In this document: positions 1-13,869 of the stretch, in pieces | Numbering within the stretch: the stretch's first letter is position 1 | Layout: the number at the start of each line of letters is the position of its first letter | Assembly (NCBI GenBank): GCA_040954595.2 | Contig: CM082598.2 | Span: 6,587,097-6,651,096 of the forward strand | From: Balanoglossus misakiensis | Lineage: Eukaryota; Animalia; Hemichordata | DNA length: 64,000 nucleotides | Reading direction: 5' to 3' | Notes under the pieces: generated by a model | Database searches by the model: none | Seen by the model: the letters and a program-made list of their open reading frames with translations, nothing else | Told to the model about the DNA's origin: nothing | Made by a program: the position numbers and the translations under genes

Positions 1-249
1 AGTGATGCTAAATTCTTCTGAAGTTGTCAAAAGTGACGAAAATACAAACTGAGAAAACGGCAATTTACATTGTTGACACCTATTTCTTAAGCTGCGGACT
101 CATTTAGGAAAGTGATATTTTTGGGTGATTATGTACCATTTCCACCAAAACGCATTTGTCAGAATATGGGTCAGTATTAGACCTACCAATTTATGTGAAA
201 AAAGTACAATTTGGCAAAAATCACAACTTTTCACGCAATGCCACCTTAA

Positions 250-621
250 GGATGTACGTGCAGAACGTAAACTTGTAAACTGTGCGAATTACTATGCATA
301 TGTCTTTTCCTACAAAGGATTACATTGAGAATCGCTAGAAAAGCTCACTTCTACTATTGTCATTTTCACAAAATTATACACATATTCAGTCAAGTAAAAA
401 TAAATTCATTGGTCAAATAAAATCGTGTGGTCACCGCGCTCTATTTTGAGATAAACTTCATTAAATGTTTTGCCCATAGACAAACCATTGATGAAAAATA
501 CTGACTCATTCATAGCCTTGTATTTCAAAAACAAACCTATATTTTATCACAGATTTTTGTTTATGCTTATCAAGGAGAAACCAAAAATGACAATACTTTC
601 AATTTTACTTATCGTACATCC
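250..621. mobile_element. MITE family B (Kolobok-like), 372 bp
   Basis: TTAA|GGATGTACG...CGTACATCC|TTAA. Other copies lie at 2418-2789, ~5075-5478, 14204-14603, 25839-26238, 27949-28320 and ~30167-30553. Long forms with internal inserts lie at ~8836-12081, ~33817-37289 and 46127-47522. TTAA TSD plus 5'-RR termini fit Kolobok rather than piggyBac. Confidence 0.8.
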
Positions 622-625
622 TTAA

Positions 626-1088
626 GGTGGCATTGCACTAAACCGTCAAGACTTTTTCAGAGGCCTATTTCTCATCAAAGACAACTTTAACACCCCTATA
701 AACCATACATTTTCTGGAAGCTGAGATTTTGAACTTTTGTTTGAATTGCACATTTTATTGACCCCTGGAAATGGTGGTTTTTTGGGGTTAAAAAACTTTT
801 TTGATATCATGTCATTCAATTGAAATTAGGTAAAAAAGTTGACCATGCATCATGCATCTTAATATGTCATTCGAAACTAGAGTACACGTGCAAAAAACAA
901 AATTTTGTTTTGCGTTATCTGCTTCCTTTGAGGAGTAACAGCGTTTGAAAGTTAGAATTTTAGAAAAATTGATCACATTCACGGTGAGTTGTATTGAATC
1001 AGAGTTTATTCCCGCCAGGGACACTTTATCGACTAAATATTTTTCCTGTTGCTAGATGGGTCATACACAATCCCCTGTTAAAATTTGA
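626..1088. mobile_element. MITE family A, truncated copy (also 2794-~3256)
   Basis: Starts TTAA|GGTGGCATTGCA and breaks off after CCCCTGTTAAAATTTGA into backbone sequence. Confidence 0.85.
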
Positions 1089-1679
1089 CCATTTTCTATG
1101 GTGATGGTTTGAAATCCAGTCAGTATCTCATTTTCTGTTCCACATAGAAACAAACTGGCAGCCTCATTTTACCATAAAGCTCCAGTCTATATGTACATGT
1201 ATTAGTCCCACCATGAACGACGTCCATAATCGCACGTATCTCTTCTTCTACGTGGAAGCGATTAGTTCCACTTTGGGCGTAACACCCTGAATGTTTTGTC
1301 GATGTTGCCGCTCGATACTGCACAGATAAAATCAATCAACATGAATCGTTAAAGTTTAAGCTTGGACCTACTATCCCTATGTATAGCTGAGTGCCAATTA
1401 CTGTTAGCAACAATGTTATTTTGCGATGATTTTTGAGTTAATCAAGATGTCACTCAAAGGAGTGGGTGTAGCCATGGTGTTGTGATGTTATACGTACATT
1501 AATCAAAGATGTCGCTTTGGTCCGAAATACAATTTGTTCAGACACGTTCTTAAAAGTCACTGCGTTTGGATGATACCAAGAGGCGACGGTACGATTAGGG
1601 TATTAATGGCCAGAGTGGAAGATACCTGTGTTCTCTCTGATAATTTAACCCTCAAATTTGCTATAGATTTCCTTCTTAA

Positions 1680-2413
1680 GGTGGCATTGCACGAAACCGT
1701 CAAGACTTTTTCAGAGGCCTAATTCTCATCAAAGACAACGTTAAAACCCCTATATACCATACATATTCTGGAAGCTGAGTTTTTGAACTTTTGTTTGAAT
1801 TGCACATTTTATTGAACCCTGGAAATGGTGGTGTTTTGGGGTTAAAAAATCATGTTTTTGATATTATGTCATTCAATTGAAATTAGTTTAAAAAAGTTGA
1901 CCATGCATCATGCATCTTAATATGTCATTCGAAACTAGAGTACACGTGCAAAAAAAACGAAAATTCTGTTTTGCGCTATCTGCTTCCATTGAGGAGTAAC
2001 AACGTTTGAAAGTTAGATTTTTAGAAAATTTGATCAAATTCACGGTGAGTTTTATTGAATCATAGTTTATTCCCGCCAGGGACACTTTATCGACTACTTT
2101 TTTTTTCGTATTGTTAGATGGGTCATACACAATCCCCTGTTAAATTTGAGCAAATTCGGCCAATGCGGAGTGATGCTAAATTCTTCTGAAGTTGTCAAAA
2201 GTGACGAAAATACAAACTGAGAAAACGGCAATTTACATTGTTGACACCTATTTCTTAAGCTGCGGACTCATTTAGGAAAGTGATATTTTTGGGTGATTAT
2301 GTACCATTTCCACCAAAACGCATTTGTCAGAATATGGGTCAGTATTAGACCTACCAATTTATGTGAAAAAAGTACAATTTGGCAAAAATCACAACTTTTC
2401 ACGCAATGCCACC
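1680..2413. mobile_element. MITE family A (Kolobok-like), about 734 bp
   Basis: TTAA|GGTGGCATTGC...GCAATGCCACC|TTAA. Confidence 0.9.
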
Positions 2414-4009
2414 TTAAGGATGTACGTGCAGAACGTAAACTTGTAAACTGTGCGAATTACTATGCATATGTCTTTTCCTACAAAGGATTACATTGAGAAT
2501 TGCTAGAAAAGCTCACTTCTACTATTGTCATTTTCACAAAATTATACACATATTCAGTCAAGTAAAAATAAATTCATTGGTCAAATAAAATCGTGTGGTC
2601 ACCGCGCTCTATTTTGCGATAAACTTCATTAAATGTTTTGCCCATAGACAAACCATTGATGAAAAATGCTGACTCATTCATAGCCTTGTATTTCAAAAAC
2701 AAACCTATATTTTATCACAGATTTTTGTTTATGCTTATCAAGGAGAAACCAAAAATGACAATACTTTCAATTTTACTTATCGTACATCCTTAAGGTGGCA
2801 TTGCACTAAACCGTCAAGACTTTTTCAGAGGCCTATTTCTCATCAAAGACAACTTTAACACCCCTATAAACCATACATTTTCTGGAAGCTGAGATTTTGA
2901 ACTTTTGTTTGAATTGCACATTTTATTGACCCCTGGAAATGGTGGTTTTTTGGGGTTAAAAAACGTTTTTGATATCATGTCATTCAATTGAAATTAGGTA
3001 AAAAAGTTGACCATGCATCATGCATCTTAATATGTCATGCGAAACTAGAGTACACGTGCAAAAAACAAAATTTTGTTTTGCGTTATCTGCTTCCTTTGAG
3101 GAGTAACAGCGTTTGAAAGTTAGAATTTTAGAAAAATTGATCACATTCACGGTGAGTTGTATTGAATCAGAGTTTATTCCCGCCAGGGACACTTTATCGA
3201 CTAAATATTTTTCCTGTTGCTAGATGGGTCATACACAATCCCCTGTTAAAATTTGACCATTTTCTATGGTGATGGTTTGAAATCCAGTCAGTATCTCATT
3301 TTCTGTTCCACATAGAAACAAACTGTCAGCCTCATTTTACCATAAAGCTCCAGTCTATGTACATGTAGTAGTCCCACCATGAACGATGTCCATAGTCGCA
3401 CGTATCTCTTCTTGTACGTGGAAGCAATTAGTTCCACTTTGGGCGTAACACCCTGACTGTTTTGTCGATGTTGCCGCTCGATATTGCACAGAAAAAATAA
3501 ATCGACATGAATCGTTAAAATTTAAGCTTTGACCTACTATCCCTATGTATAGTTGAGTGCCAATTACTGTTAGCAACAATGTTATTTTGCGATGACTTTT
3601 GAGTTAAGCAAGATGTCACTCAACAGAGTGGGTGTGGCCATGGTGTTGTGATGTTTTACACACATTAATCAAAGATGTCGCATTGGTCTAAAAACACAAT
3701 TTGTTCAGACATGTTTTTGTCTCACGCAAAAGTCTCTGCGCTTGGATGATACCAAGAGGTGACGGTACGATCATGTTATTTTTTTTTTGGGGGGGGGGGG
3801 CAGAGTAGAAGATACATGTGTTCTTTCTGATGATTTAGCCCCAAAGTTGCTATAGATTCCCCTCTTAAGGGTGTATATGCAGACTGTTTGGATGATACCA
3901 ATGGGCGACAGTACGATCAGGGTATTTGGGGGGGGGGGGGGGCAGAGTAGAAAATACCTGTGTTCTCTCTGATAATTTTGCCCCAAAGTTGCTATAGATT
4001 TCCTTTTAA

Positions 4010-4737
4010 GTAGGCATTGCACGAAACCGTCAAGACTTTTTCAGGGGCCTATTTCTCATCAAAGACAACGTCAAAACCCCTATAAACCATACATATTCTG
4101 GAAGCTGAGTTTTTGAACTTTTGTTTTAATTGCACATTTTATTGACCCCTGGAAATGGTGGTGTTATTGGGTTAAAACATTTTTTTTGATATTATGTCAT
4201 TCAATTGAAATTAGGTAAAAAAGTTGACCATGCATCATGCATCTTAATATGTCATTCGAAACTAGAGTACACGTGCAAAAAAACAAAATTTTGTTTTGCG
4301 TTATCTGCTTCCATTGAGGAGTAACAGCGTTTGAAAGTTAGAATTTTAGAAAATTTGATCACATTCACAGTGAGTTGTATTGAATCAGAGTTTATTCCCG
4401 CCAGGGACACTTTATCGACTGAATATTTTTCCTGTTGCTAGATGGTTCATACACAATCCCCTGTTAAAATTTGAGCAAATTCGGCCAACGCAGAGCGAAG
4501 CTAAATTCTTCTGAAGTTGTCAAGAGCAGCGAAAATGCAAACTGAAAAAACGGCCATTTGCATTGTTGACACCTATTTGTTAAGCTGTGAACTCAATCAG
4601 AAAAGTGCTATTTTTGGTTGATTATGCACCATTTCCGCCAATACGTATTAGTCAGGATGTGGGTCAGTATTAGACCTACCGATTTATGTAAACAAGTAAA
4701 ATTTGGCAGAAATCACAACTTTTCATGCAATGCCACC
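4010..4737. mobile_element. MITE family A
   Basis: TTAA|GTAGGCATTGCA (mutated TIR)...TGCAATGCCACC|TTAA. Confidence 0.85.
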
Positions 4738-5856
4738 TTAACACGATTTTTCAAAGAATGTTTGGTAACAGGCTCATAGCATCTTTGCCATCTCTAAAAA
4801 TCACGAAATAACTAGTTTTGAATGGAGTACCCTCGGAAACCTCTTACCATTTTGTGTGTTTATCTGTGTGATACCATGAGGCGATCGATGATATGGTCAG
4901 GGCATTATGGCCAAAGGGGACCGTACCTGTCCTTTCTGATAAGGGCTACACAACGAGAAAATTGTATCTTCTTATCTAAATTTGATCAGAGTTTTTTTGG
5001 GCAGATTGAAAGACACGCGTGTTCTCTATCTCTTATAATTTTTCCCCAATGTTGCTATAGACTCCCCTCTTATTAGAATGTACGTGCAGAACATAAATTT
5101 GTAAATTGTGCAAATCTGAATGTGTTTGTCTTTTCCCATAAATGATTACATTGAGAATCGCTATAAAAACTCACTTCTACTATTGTCATTTTCATGAAAT
5201 TATACACATAGTCAGTCAAGTAAAAATAAATTCATTGGTCAAATAAAATCGTGTGGTCACCGCGCTATATTTTGACATAAACTTTGGTAAATGTTTTGCC
5301 CATAGACAAACCATTGGTGAAAAATGCTGACTCATTCACAGTCTTGTATGTCAAAAACAGGGGCGGTGAAATCTATATGTTTTCACATATTTTTTAATGC
5401 TTATAATTTAAGGATAAACCAAAAATGTACAATTAAAAGAAATGACAATACATTCTATTTTACTGATCGTACATCCTTGACAAAATTTCTCAAAGAATGT
5501 TTGGTAACAGGCTTTCAGCATTTTTGCCATTGTCAAGGTTTTGCCATCTCTAAAGATCATGAAAAAAAACTAATTTTGAATGGAGTACCCTCGGAAACCT
5601 CTTAAAATGTTGTGTGTTTATCTGTGTGATACCATGAGGCGATCGATGATATGGTCAGGGCATTATGGCCAAAAGGGACCGTACCTGTCCTTTCTGATAA
5701 GGGCTACATCACAAACAACGAAATTGTATCTCGTTATCTAAATTTGACTGCATGGGCGAATTAAATTTCCAATCCCAACATGAAAATTTAGCATCTATAT
5801 TCAAGTGAATTGTGACCTGAATTGGATATTGGCAATTAAATACGACTAAAAGTTTA

Positions 5857-6233
5857 CATTCTCGCCCCACCAGACTACGGATTTCTTTCGTTTCACTATC
5901 GAAATCACGTACTCTGGTTAAAATGGAGTACCGCGCTGGTATTTGAACATATTGGTAATGCATATTCATGAGATGACATCATTATAATCTGGCCAATCAA
6001 AGCCCGTCTCTTCGCTCTCACTCAGACTCAGAGCACTGCCACTGGAAGCCGCCATGTTGTTTAGAATGAGATGTAATGAGATGCGTGAATGGGATGTAAC
6101 AAGCAATCTGATTGGTTGTTGGATGTACTATGAAAGCGCCTAGACCAAATACTGAATACATGGCCGTATTATACCACAGCCTTTTTGCGGGGAGCAGAGC
6201 GCTGCCGTAAAAGGGCCGTGGTTTGCGACGATG
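5857..6233. mobile_element. 377-bp non-autonomous DNA transposon with 8-bp TSD (possibly Zisupton- or hAT-like)
   Basis: AAAGTTTA is duplicated at 5849-5856 and 6234-6241. Termini are imperfect inverted repeats (CATTCTCGC...GCGACGATG). Other backbone copies have a single site (e.g. ACTAAAAGTTTA near 30890). Confidence 0.8.
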
Positions 6234-6977
6234 AAAGTTTATAGCTTTATATAGTTCATCCCCGAGATTTCTACAATATATTAATCCAATAAACTGTTTG
6301 GGTGTTGTCATACAGTATTATAGTAATTCACATCTAAACCAGTTCTAAAACTCAAATTCAAGATTGTTCACAATGTTTGTTACTCATGAACTTTGACATC
6401 ACGTTGACCTATGAAGTAAATCAGTGGAGACAATCTGACTGAAAATAAGTTTTCATTGCCTTATCCAGTCCACCCCAAGCCTGCTTGTCCAGGCAATTAA
6501 GCCATATTTTGAAGCAACAAGTTATAAAATCAAACGGGGTAACTGAAGAGATATTTTTGTAGATAGATATACATGCATGTAGTAGATTTTGACCTAGTTC
6601 TATCAAACAAAGAGGATTGCTGGACAGGCTTGAAAACCGCCTTTGTTGTTTTGGCCAAGTTTTGCGTACTACTAAACTGTGCAAAGTTGTTTCTGTTCAG
6701 CTCGGGTCTTCGGTGCCCCAGCTCACATAGATGAGGTGCCTTCGTGCCTGGGCAGTGATGACTGCTGATAGTCTAAAGTTTGGGTTTCTAGGAAGGGTGC
6801 TAATTTCTCTGATTGACTCGATAACTCTACAATTAATGTGGATTAATTAAATCTTGACAGAATGAAGAGGGGACAATTATGAAGTCAAATTAGGCCAACA
6901 AAACTTCACTATTTATGGAAAAAATAACTTGACATTGCTTTAGTACATGTAAAGTTTAAAATAGCCATTTCTATCAC

Positions 6978-7132
6978 TAGACTCTCTCACAGCCCATGTC
7001 TCGCTACAAGGCTCTTCACTGACGCGCCCAGAACCGTTTAGCTACGGAGAAGCCTCATATGGTGTTGTGTAATGAACCTTGCAATCAGACCATAAGCCTG
7101 CATGGACTGCGAATGGGGCTGTGGGAGAGTCT
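6978..7132. mobile_element. About 155-bp MITE (also ~41934-42090, ~44983-45137 and a fragment at ~32229)
   Basis: TIR GACTCTCTCACAGCCC...GGGCTGTG(A/G)GAGAGTC flanked by repeated TTCTATCAC. Absent from the copies near 23860, 31650 and 32855. Confidence 0.75.
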
Positions 7133-7198
7133 TTTCTATCACATGAATTTCTCCAAAAGCTAACATGAAAACATGGAATGAGAATTGTGTAATATTAA

Positions 7199-7932
7199 GG
7201 TGGCATTGCATGAAACCGTCAAGACTTTTTCAGGGGCCTATTTCTCATCAAAGACAAAGTTAAAACCCCCATAAACCATATATATTCTGGAAGCTGAGAT
7301 TTTGAACTTCTGTTCGAGTTGCAAATATTATTGATCCCCGGAAATGGTGGCGATTTTGGGTGAAAAAAAACATTTTTTGATATTATGTCATGAAATTTAG
7401 AATAGGTAAATTAGTTGACCATGCATCATGCATCCTAATATGTCATTAGAAACTAGAGTACACGTGCAAAAAAACGGTAATTTTGTTTTGCGTTATCTGC
7501 TTCCATTGAGGAGTAACAGCGTTTGAAAGTTAGATTTTAAGTAAAATTTGATCAAATTCACGGTGAGTTGTATTGAATCAGAGTTTATTCCCGCCAGGGA
7601 CACTTTATCGACTAACAAAAATACCGTTTTGTTGGATGGGTCATACACAATCCCCAGTTAAAATTTGAGCAAATTCGGTCAACGCAGAGCGAAGCTATTT
7701 TCGTCTGAAGTTGTCAAGAGCAGCGAAAATGCAAACTGAGAAAAACGGCCATTTGCATTGTTGACACCTATTTGTTAAGCTGTGAACTCATTCAGAAAAG
7801 TGCTATTTTGGGGTGATTATGCACCATTTCCGCCAAGACGTATTAGTCAGGGTGTGGGTCAGTATTAGGCATACCGATTTATGTTAAAAAGTAAAATTTG
7901 GCAAAAATCACAACTTTTCATGCAATGCCACC
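7199..7932. mobile_element. MITE family A with demonstrable TTAA TSD
   Basis: GTAATATTAA|A|TTAATTCC. The empty site GTGTAATATTAATTCCATTGAC is present near 12880 and 42150. Confidence 0.93.
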
Positions 7933-9643
7933 TTAATTCCATTGACACCAGCAGGCGCGGGTGAAGATACTTCCATCCCTGCCAAAGAAAATAAACCATT
8001 GCTAATGCTTTACACAGCAGACTAAATGGCACAATTATAAAACAGAACAGAAACAAAGATTTTGAATTGACAATCATACAAATTGATCGGTACAATTATT
8101 GGTATATGCACAGGGTTCATTGCTAGTTGCACTGCTCACAATGGATATATTTTATTTGCGTGCTCACAAAGTTTCTTTGCGTGCAGTAAAGTACACACAG
8201 CACTGAACCTCAAAAGTTGTCATTTTCTGCAACAATTGAACCATAATATTTAATGCAAACAATTTATGGAATCATATCACATAATTCAAACTGTCAGCCT
8301 CATTTTACCATATGTACATGTATTAGTCCCGCCATGAACAACGTCCATAATCGCACGTATCTCTTCTTGTACGTAGAAGCGATTAGTTCCACTTTGGGCG
8401 TAACACCCTGACTGTTTTGTCGATGTCGCCGCTCGATACTGCACAGATAAAACAAATCAACGTGAATTGTTAAAGTTTAAGCTTGGACCTACTATCCCGA
8501 TGTATAGCTGAGTGCCAATTACTGTTAGCAACGATGTTATTTTGCGATAATTTTTAAGTTAAGCAAGATGTCACTCAAAGGAGTGGGTGTGGCCTTGGTG
8601 TTGTGATGTTATACACACATTAATCAGAGATGTCGCTTTGGTCCAAAAATACAATTTGTACCGACACGTTCTTGTCTCACTTAAACGTCTCTGTGTTTGG
8701 ATGATACCAAGAGGCGACTGTACGATCAGAGTTTTTTTTTTTTTTTTTTTTTTTTTGGGGGGGGGGCAGAGTGGAAGATACCTGTGTTCTCTCTGATAAC
8801 TTAGCCCCAAAGTTGCTATAGACTCCCCTCTTATTATGATGTACGTGCAGAACGTAAACTTGTAAACTGTGCAAATAAGTATGTGTTTCTCTTTTCCCAT
8901 AAATGATTACATTGAGAATCGCTAGAAAAACCCATTTCTACTATTGTCATTTTCACAAAATTTTACACATAGTCAAGTAAAAATAAATTCATTGGTCAAA
9001 TAATATCGTGTGGTCACCGCGCTCTATTTTGCGATAAACTTTGGTAAATGTTTTGCCAATAGACAAACCATTGGTGAAAATGCTGACTCATTCACAGTCT
9101 TGTATTTCAAAAACAAGCGTGGTGAAACCTTTATGTTATCACATGGTTTTTTTTTGGCTCCGAAGTGTTTACACGGACGAGTCTTTCGAATGGGGCATCA
9201 GTGTCAACTTACGTCCGTCAACCTGTCAAGAATGCATACCATTTTGTGGTAGGTGTGTAGCTTTGAGGTGTTGAGGAAGAATTGGAACAGTGACAGAAAT
9301 CGGAACGGAATAGCCAGCAGTGTTTTCGCTACCCGCGAGAAAAAAAGTTGTGTTTGGCGAGACGATTTTCATACAAATTAGCCAAACTTGCGAAGCACTG
9401 CTATCTAACATCGTCGTTTGTTTCGCCATGATCAACTTGCCATGATCAGTGCACTACAACGCGTGAACGTGGACCGCTGTTCTGTTCATTGTTCATCACC
9501 CCCCTGTATCATGAACATCGCAAGGCAATGCATTGAATTCAGCTCTTCCAGCTAGTGGCCGCACTCGCTTGATTTCCTGTGTGTGTCTCTGGGGACCAAA
9601 AAGAATGCATATGCGTCTTTTCCTAATTTGCATATTTTGAATG

Positions 9644-11515
9644 GGTGTGGGTCACGCGCAAAGCACCATGGGGGTTCCAACGTGAGTAACCGTTCATTTG
9701 ACTTCCGGCTCGCCTCGAGTACACACGTTAGAGACCGTTCAGTTTTTACGGCAGGGGGGGGCAAGTTTGGGTCATCAGTTTTCAAAATCAGGCCGACACC
9801 CCCTTCACCGAGGACCAAAAAATGATGACCCCCCCTTTGACAGACCCAAAAATATGATGACCCCACCCCCGCTGAAAACATTCGCCGTCCTGATCATATG
9901 TACACTGAATGCAATAAAGGGAATGAGGCTCCTCACACATCAATTATAAATTTCTTAAAGTAATTGAAGTATATATAATAGTATATCGTTGCAATAAAAA
10001 AATCTATGAACAAAATAAAATGACAAGTCAATACAATAGAAAATTTAAGAAAATTTTGTAAAATATGTAGCTCAAAGTTGCATTTTTATGAACTCAAAAG
10101 CAAATTATCTCAATGTTTGGGAGGACCTATTTTACTTTTTGCCACTCCACTCAAAGTTAGAAGATTTGGCGTCATCTTCGTCATGACATCATTTATAAAA
10201 CTTCTAGTATATAGAAGATGCAGCACGAAACTATCAGTTATGCGAAATGGTTTAAACGATTATTGTCCTTTATGTATTTACTTTGTTAAATATTATCATC
10301 AGTGGGGTTGGGGTGGCAAGCACTCTGCCCTGGTACACTAAACAAACAGCAAAAAATGAAATGTGGCGGAGAATGAAGGGGGTGGGTGTGGGAGGGTGGG
10401 GGTGTAAAATAAAGGGCGCAAAACTGCAATTTTGTGGACTTAAAAGCAAAAGTTTGGTGGCAAAAGTATGTGACCCCCCTTAAACGTTTAATAAAAACAG
10501 ATGACCCCCCCCTTTTGGACTTCAAAATTTAAGTGACCCCCCTGGATTTTGCCGTCTATTTGGATCAATGTACAGGCCGCGGGGCTATGCGCATACGCTG
10601 ACGGGGCTTAGCTGCATGATGGCCGCTGAGCGTGAAAAGCTTTACCGTAGGCCAACATACTGTTGTAGCTTTTCGATTGGTTCTATTACAACTCAGTTTT
10701 CTTCTCAAATATGTACAGTATTTTCTAAAAATCCCACACCAAACCGCAAATAAACGAAAACCAGAAGACTTTTTTTTTATTTTACGCACAATGAGTACAA
10801 GAAACCTACATGCATGTTTGTAAATATGTGGTTAGTTACTCAAGTCAAACGGCGCGCGTCCTTAACTACCACAAATCGTATGTAAGTGCTTGAAAGAAAA
10901 TTTTACTGCCACTGGAATGGTACCGAAGCGAGCGTAATGTCGTTGGTCTTTTTCAGGAACGTATTGACTGTAATAGGGTAATTCCAAAATTTAGTATTAC
11001 AGTAAGTTGCGATCACCACGGCCTTCACATATGGATAGGGATGTGATAGGCGCCTATGAGATAGTAAAGTTTCTAAATACGGTGAAATCGATAAAATAAA
11101 AGGGGCGCTTTGGGGCTCCCATGCAATTTCACACACATTACTTATTAGTCTTTCAAAATATACAAATAACAAAGCTGTGCGACCACTGTTTAGTCTGCCT
11201 GCTAACTTCAAACTACGTCGCCCGAGTACGATCGTTGGCAACAGTATACCATGATGCCAGCTGACATACTGAGTGAAAAAACACAAAAAAATCGCGACTC
11301 GGAACAAAATCGATAGTACTTTCCTCACAGAACGATGCTGACATACATGAACTTATATAAATTGGATTGGTTTTTCGTTCGAACGGAGTTTCCTTTACAT
11401 AAACTACGAAAACATAAGTCGATTGCGCACAGAAAGCTACACGCGTGACACTGCTAGGTCGACCATGTTTTGCTGAGCGGGTTAAACTGGAAGTGACGTC
11501 GTGACCCTCACCACC
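9644..11515. mobile_element. About 1.9-kb unclassified insertion with short TIRs, containing a nested truncated element
   Basis: Interrupts TTTTGAATGGGTTAGGTCTG, which is intact near 36140 and 46975. Ends are GGTGTGGGTCACG / CGTGACCCTCACC. A nested element starts TTA|GAGACCGTTCAGTTTTTACGGCAGGGGG at 9731 and runs to about 10555. Confidence 0.7.
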
Positions 11516-13516
11516 TTGGGTTAGGTCTGCCTTGACTTGAACGCGTCAAGTGTACAGGTTGTTATGGAAGTTTCATTTTAGAACCACTAGTGTTAGTCTG
11601 ACGGCCCAACCAGCAAAAAAGGGTTCTAGAAATGTCATTATGTTGTATAGGTTTTTTGTACTACATGAAATTAGCTGGAAATGACGGGTGGTAAACTATT
11701 GATGTGAAATCAGGTCACTTCTACCGAAAATGATGGACTAGAGAGCAATGACTATTATAATTTATTTCATATACTATGTTCACAACTGCTATGCTCCAAT
11801 CAACTGGGGAAACTAAATGATTGAACTTTCTGTTTGGACAATTCATGTATTTTTTTGCTAACACCTACACTACTATTGTCAGCACATAACAATACCTATA
11901 TACTTGAAAATTGAGAACTTTTTATCAAAACACTTCAGCTGATCTTGAATGCTGTCCGATATTTTTTTTCAAAATGTATTTCTTTCACTTTTAGACTAGT
12001 TTAATACTTATAATTTAAGGAGTAACGAAAATTTTACAATAAAAAGAAATGACAATACTTTCAATTTTACTGATCGTACATGCCATTGTCAACGTTTTGC
12101 CATCTCTAAAGATCATGAAAAAATAGTTTTGAATGGAGTACCCTCGGAAACCTCTTTAAATTTAAATTTTGTGAGTTTATCTGTGTGATACCACGAGGCG
12201 ATCAATGATATAATAAGGGCATTATGGCCAAAGGGGACCGTACCTGTCCTTTCTGATAAGGGCTACATCACAAACAGCTCGAGAAAATTGTTTCTCGTTA
12301 TCTACATTTGACTGCATGGGCGAATTAAATTTTCAAGCTGTTACCAATCCCAACATGAACATTTAGCATTCAAGGCATTTAAATGAAATTATGATGAAGA
12401 TAATTTAACTGTCCCTGCATGCACCTATGCAACTATGAAGGACAATATGATTTCTGTGTCTGTAATGATTCATGTAGGCTTGTATGTGATCATGCACTAT
12501 CCTAGTCTAGTATCTAGCCGTCAACTTTGCTTCCAAAAATAACATCTTGATCAAGCATGCCACTGGCCCAATAAAACCTGATAGCCCTTGCTGAGAGTTG
12601 TCATCGTGCCTGGAGAGTGATGATTGCGGATAATCTTAAGCTTGGGTTTCTGGGAAGGGTGCTAATTGTTCTGACTGACTCGATTAATTAAATCTTGACA
12701 GAATGAAGAGTGCAGATAAGAAGTCAAGTTTGGCCCACAAAACTTCAGTTATGTGTTTCACTATTTATGAAAAAGCAAATTAATTAAAGAACTTGATATT
12801 GCAATATTTAACAAAGTAGTAATTAATATCACATGAATGTTTCCAAAAGCTAACATGAAAACATGGAATGAGAATTGTGTAATATTAATTCCATTGACAT
12901 TTGCGGGCACGGGTGAAGATACTTCCATCCCTGCCAAAGGAAATAAACCATTGCTAATGCTTCCACAGCAGACTAAATGGCACAATTATAAAAAAGAACA
13001 GAAACAAAAAATATTGAATGGAAAATGCGATCATACAAATTAATCAGCACAATTATTGGTATGTGCACAGGGTTCATTGCTAGATGCACTGCTCACAATG
13101 GATACATTTTAGTTGCGTGCCCAAAAAGTTTCTTTGCGTGCAGTCAATACACTCAGCACTGAACCTTAAAAGTTGTCATTTTCTGCAACAATTGAACCAT
13201 AATATTTAATGCAAACAATTATGGAATAATTACATGTAATTAATTTGTAATTTTATTTTCTTTGGTGTTCATTTGAAACCCAGTCATATTCTGTTCCACA
13301 TAAAAACAAACTGTCAGCCTCATTTTACCATAAAGCTCCAGTCTATGTACATGAATTAGTCCCACCATGAAAGATGTCCATAATCGCACGTTTAATCTCT
13401 TCTTGTATGTGGAAGCGATTAGTTCCACTTTGGGCGTAACACCCTGACTGGTTTGTCTGTGTTGCCGCTCGATACCGCAGAGATAAAATCAATCAACATG
13501 AATTGTTAAAGTTTAA

Positions 13517-13869
13517 AGGGACAAAGTCTCTCTCTCGCTGCCCTTTTTTCCATTAATTATATTTGATACAAGACGCCGTTTGTTATTCTACATGTGGATA
13601 TATAGTGAATGAACGTCCAACCACACACAACTAGTACTTCCATCCCTCTTATAGACGGGAGAGTAAAAAAAAACTCGCTAAAATGAATAATCGTTCTTTA
13701 CCATTTATTCAATTTGGGCGAGTTTTTACTCTCATATCATACAAGTGGGATGGACGTTTTGTGTGGTTGATCATTGATTCACTATATATCCACATTACAT
13801 TAACATAATGGTGTCTTGTATCAAACATAATTAATGGAAAAGGGGCAGCTGGAGAGAGACTTTGTCCCT
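13517..13869. mobile_element. MITE family C (Kolobok-like, palindromic), 353 bp
   Basis: TTAA|AGGGACAAAGTCTCTC...GAGAGACTTTGTCCCT|TTAA. The empty site AAAGTTTAAGCTTGG is present in most other backbone copies. The two halves are imperfect inverted repeats over most of their length. Confidence 0.92.

Larger units (their letters stand above)
1..3320. repeat. Recent near-identical direct duplication with 2168-bp offset
   Basis: 1-~1150 matches 2169-~3320 almost base for base. ORF pairs 125/2293 and 812/2980 are identical or nearly identical. Confidence 0.93.

Noticed and set aside
1680-2413. piggyBac assignment for the TTAA MITEs
   Set aside because: Termini begin GG or AG rather than CC, which fits Kolobok better. 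No transposase is present to confirm.
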